A DNA stretch of 64,000 bases, taken from NCBI GenBank assembly GCA_964252035.1, contig OZ176201.1. The stretch is one strand, 5' to 3'. Made by a program: the position numbers and the translations under genes. The notes beneath the pieces are model-generated. The model had not been told where the DNA came from and searched no databases. It was given only the letters and a program-made list of their open reading frames with translations. The stretch is from Podarcis erhardii (Eukaryota). Shown one piece after another: positions 59,969 through 64,000 of the stretch (position 1 is its first letter; every line of letters begins with the position of its first letter).

Positions 59969-62900
59969 TCTTTAGTAGTAGGGACTCAGGCTGAATCGAC
60001 ACATGAGGTTGCACAATGGATTGTACCACTTCAGCCTGCAAGTGGGAGATATGCAGTAGATGATCCCCTACATATGAAGGGGTGGGAATATCTTCAAGAA
60101 GAAAATTAGCTCAGCAGGGAGGAGGTTGAGCTAAAGCTTTTCTCATTACTGTGCTAGTTTTCTACTTGCATTGAATTTCTGTACACAAGAGAGCATTCAA
60201 AAACTAATTCCCCTCCTTGCAGTCTGAAGTGGTACAGTCCACTCTACCACTTCAGGATTTTAGCACCTCATTCTGTTGCATGTTAAGATCCAGACTACGG
60301 CATAACTGACCTTAAAGTTGCCTGCAAATCTATCAGTGCAAAACTTGAGGTGAAAACAAATGGGAAAGGAATTTCCAAAGATAGAGTAGATGAAAGAGCA
60401 GCTTTTTAAAAAATGGGGTCAAACAGGCAGTGTTAAGTGTGAAACCTAACAGTGATAGTCCCCTTAGCTTGCTTCAAGTGGGGATGGTAGATTATCCACT
60501 TTGTGACCATAACATTCACTACTCTTTAAAGCATGATGTTCTAATGAAGAAACAAAGACCTTTTGTGTCAGCGTCCCCTACCTAAAGAGCTTTGTAAATA
60601 CTATGTTAAGTTGCCATGTTAGTCAGGCCCGTTCCAAGCAAAACACCAACCAGTCTTCGTTTCAGTAAAACCCAGAGCTTAATGGGATCAGAGAGAATGG
60701 AACAAGGCCTTTGATGCTAAGGAGAGTCTTTGTGTTGACCTTTGCTTCTTGGCACAGAATGGAAGCATCTATCTGAAGTACCGCAGTATTACAACTCCCA
60801 TGTCTTGAACTTCCAAGAAACATAAGGCATTGCCATAGAGGTTACACAAAGAGTACTTGGGGAAGAGTTGACTAATCCTGGGATACTGTGGAAGACTGAC
60901 TGAAAATGACAGCTTTCAGTTCCAAGAGGGAAGCTGCCTTTTATTGAACTTAAGAATGGATCAGACTGAAATGCATCTTGTCCAACATTCTGCTTTTGAT
61001 AGTCAGCAGCTTCTGGGAGTTCACAAGTAAGGCATTATCACAATGGCCTTCTGCATCATCTGGTATTCTGAGGTAAACTGCCTCTAGGTGGGCTACTATA
61101 GTGGACATCTAGTAAGACAGCTTGATGGATTAAGAGTTAAAAACCAATGGCTTGGCATGAAAGAGAAGATAGTACCTTCCCTTAGGACTAGATTTTTTGC
61201 TGACAGTTCTGTGGAATGAAATTCTACAGCTACTCAGAAAGAGACTGAGCAGAGGTATCTGAGGAGCAAGTTTCCTGATCTCCACACAAATATCCCAACA
61301 TTATTCTGGAGGAATGCCCAGTAGCATTCAGTTCCTTCATCCTTAGATAATGGGGGAAAGGTCAAGAGCCAGGGGTGGTGGGGAGAGGTGAGGAAGTGAA
61401 GGTTATCTCGGGCGAACATGACACTTTTGAACCACCAGCTATGTAGAGTTAATCTGGCTGCAACCGTCCTAGGCTAGATTCCAGCCAGAAACAAACAAAA
61501 ATAATTTAGCTCCCTGTATAATAACAAAGCCTGACTTGCGAATAGTGGGTTTTTATTATTCCCTGGCAAACTTCAGCTTTTGATTCAGTGACATTCCTAT
61601 CACTGAACTACACCAGTCCTCTCTGACTGATGCCTAACTCCAAAACCTCTTTCCCTTTAAAAGCCTCAGCTCGAACCTTGGTCACTGGTTCTTAGTGGAG
61701 CAGAAAATTCTGCCCTGGCATCTGCTTCCCACTTTCATCTCCTTTCTCTAAGGAAGCCACTGAATGGGGAGCAAGTGGATGTGGGTGAGGGAGATCTGAC
61801 CTGAGGCGTGTGTGGCGGCAAAGGCATTTTGGGCAAGCTCAACGTGCCTGGAACAATAAGGCCATTGGTAGTATTGCTTGGATGGGGGGGTGTCTCTGGA
61901 TCACTGAGTGGCAATTTTAGGCTTCGTTGGTGGGTGAGGAATGTTAATGTAAAGGGCGGGAGCCTCTGCACATGGTCAATCACCTTCCCTCCTCGAAGGA
62001 GCTGAAGCTTTCTCATTGTAACCAGAAACTGACCCTTTCTCTGCTTGTGCCTTCAGACAGTGAGAGGAAACGAGGCACCCCCTTGACAAACAAAGCTTTG
62101 CTTTCATAGCTGTGACCTCCCTTTCTCCCCCAGTTCAGTGCTGAGGTGTGACTGCTTGCCACACTATTCTGCCAACACAGTACAGACTTAAAACTGCAAT
62201 TCCCTCCCTCCCTCCTTTCTAATCTACACAACTTTTCTGGTGCCTTTCAGTTATGATCAGCAGCTGTTGCCCCTGCTCTGTCATCTGCTGGCTTGGCCAA
62301 TCTGTAGTGTCTTCAGGATGTGACCTTCCTTGCTGTGTAACTGGCTCTTGCCCATCTCACTCTTTTCTTAATAGATTGTGCAATGATGACAGATTTGTTA
62401 ACACATGTGGACCCCAAGAGTTTACATATATATCCTGAGGGTTTGCACATCCTGAGAGTTTACACACACACATATATATTTCCCACTTTATTCCTCCCAC
62501 AAGAAGTGAAGACTTGGATTTGTGAAACAGACATCACACTTTAAAATGCCACAGACAGAGCTTCCGTATTACTTGGGTGACCTGAATCCAAGCCCAACAA
62601 TTCTCAGCTGAGGCAAGGTCACATGTTCAGTTGCAAGTCACAAGTCATGAAATAACAAGAGACATCCATGCAGGTGCAAAGCTGCCCTTTATCTGCCTCA
62701 AGTAACTTGCTCTGTCAATAGATGTGGCTGGTATGTATAAGCTCATAATTCCTTTGCCATTTTAAGGCGGTGAGATTTTTCATATTCAGTCCTGTAGGAT
62801 TCATAGATGCTATCTAGGGCTATAGGTATGAACTTGAGGCTCAGGTTCTTGATGGATATTAGGACATTTTAAAATTGAGAGAGACTAGTCGGAGTTTAAA

Positions 62901-64000
62901 ATTTCATTTTGCACCCTGAGAGATAACAGTTGTACTTTCTTACAATGCATTAAGTGGAACATTGTTCACAGTGCTTAGTGAATATGCAGGCATTGTGCTC
63001 TTTGCAATCTACACCTCAAAGACCTACCAGAAATAGAATCATGCACACACTGCTGAAGAGAATCTTATTAAGAATAGCCAAGCAGCAGCATAAGGAAGAT
63101 GATAATGGTGGAACCTAAGCATCACTGTGCGTGGTCTCCCCACAACAAGGTACATGGCTACCTTTGGCTGGATTTGGCTGCACAGAAGCTGGTCAGAGTT
63201 TAGAATTCCACAACACTTTATTTGCAGCATTGCTCTTCTACCCTTGGGTATAAGGAGAGTGCAGAGTTTTCACTATCTCTAACAGCCATGAGGATGAACG
63301 GACCACTTCTATGCCAAAGCATCAGTCAAGCATCACTAGGGAGTGACAACAACCCTTCCATTTTATGTTTTTTTCAGCAGCGGGTTGGAAGCTGCCACCA
63401 TACTTTTGCACAGCATGGCCCTGGCACAGTGGCATCCATCTTTAGGGTCCTGGGTGACAGCATCTTTGGTCTGGACTGTAACAAATAGGATCTCTGCTGT
63501 TTGACTGACTCCCTGCCCCTGCAGAGCGCATCCCATTAAATCTAACAGTAGGGACCATGGCGCTCCCGCAGAGGAGATATGCGCTCAGACAATAGAGCCA
63601 ATGTGTGCTGCTTAATGAAAGCATCTGACTCCAATTACAGCTCCCTTGGATTTGCATTTCTGCTTAATTGAGGAAGTGAGAGTGAAGCTGGCATGACTCC
63701 TTGCAAACTCCAGCAGCCTTTTATCTGACTATAATGTGTGTTTAATTAGCCGGCAATGAGTTGGCTACAGTTATCCCCAGAAGGACTTAATGAAGTCATC
63801 TCCCAAGATGCATTGCCACTCCGCAGGGTCTCTGGGAATAAGTCCCAGGGTAGGTGATGGAGCACACACGATGCCCATCCTTAGGAGCTGGGGACAAGAG
63901 TCCTGGGAACGTATGGGTGGCTGGTGCATGAGTCTTGCACAGGAAAAGGATAAGGCCTGCACATTTGAAGTTCAGCTTCTAAAACAAAGAAATGTGCAAG

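Noticed and set aside
61735-62016. 93-aa Pro-rich minus-strand ORF
   Set aside because: No recognisable homology, an in-frame stop shortly upstream and only a weak acceptor; BLASTp would be needed to revive it
47900-64000. Expected RPL29 downstream of ACY1, as in human
   Set aside because: No MAKSKNH or PKFLRNMRFAKKHN coding sequence recognised on either strand

Overview
Vertebrate genomic DNA, inferred to be a squamate and probably a lacertid lizard from its Sauria-type SINEs and CR1/L2/Penelope/MITE content. Two complete plus-strand genes lie in tandem, each with a CpG-island promoter: ABHD14A (4 coding exons, 268 aa) and ACY1 (14 coding exons, 416 aa). All listed coding splice junctions are GT-AG and the reading frames join correctly. 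The most interesting feature is an intact, stand-alone LINE-1 ORF1p-like gene (3474-4301) with no ORF2, inside ABHD14A intron 1; it is a candidate domesticated L1TD1-like gene. A young Gypsy LTR retrotransposon (56491-59911) keeps its 5' LTR, a tRNA-Ser PBS, an open gag-pro-RT-RNaseH frame and a perfect 5-bp TSD, but lacks most of integrase and the 3' LTR. Other notable items are a near-perfect ~190-bp inverted duplication in ABHD14A intron 4, a Penelope fragment with a minimal hammerhead ribozyme, a phase-compatible ABHD14A-ACY1 read-through, and many MITEs. All alignments were done by eye and no database searches were run.
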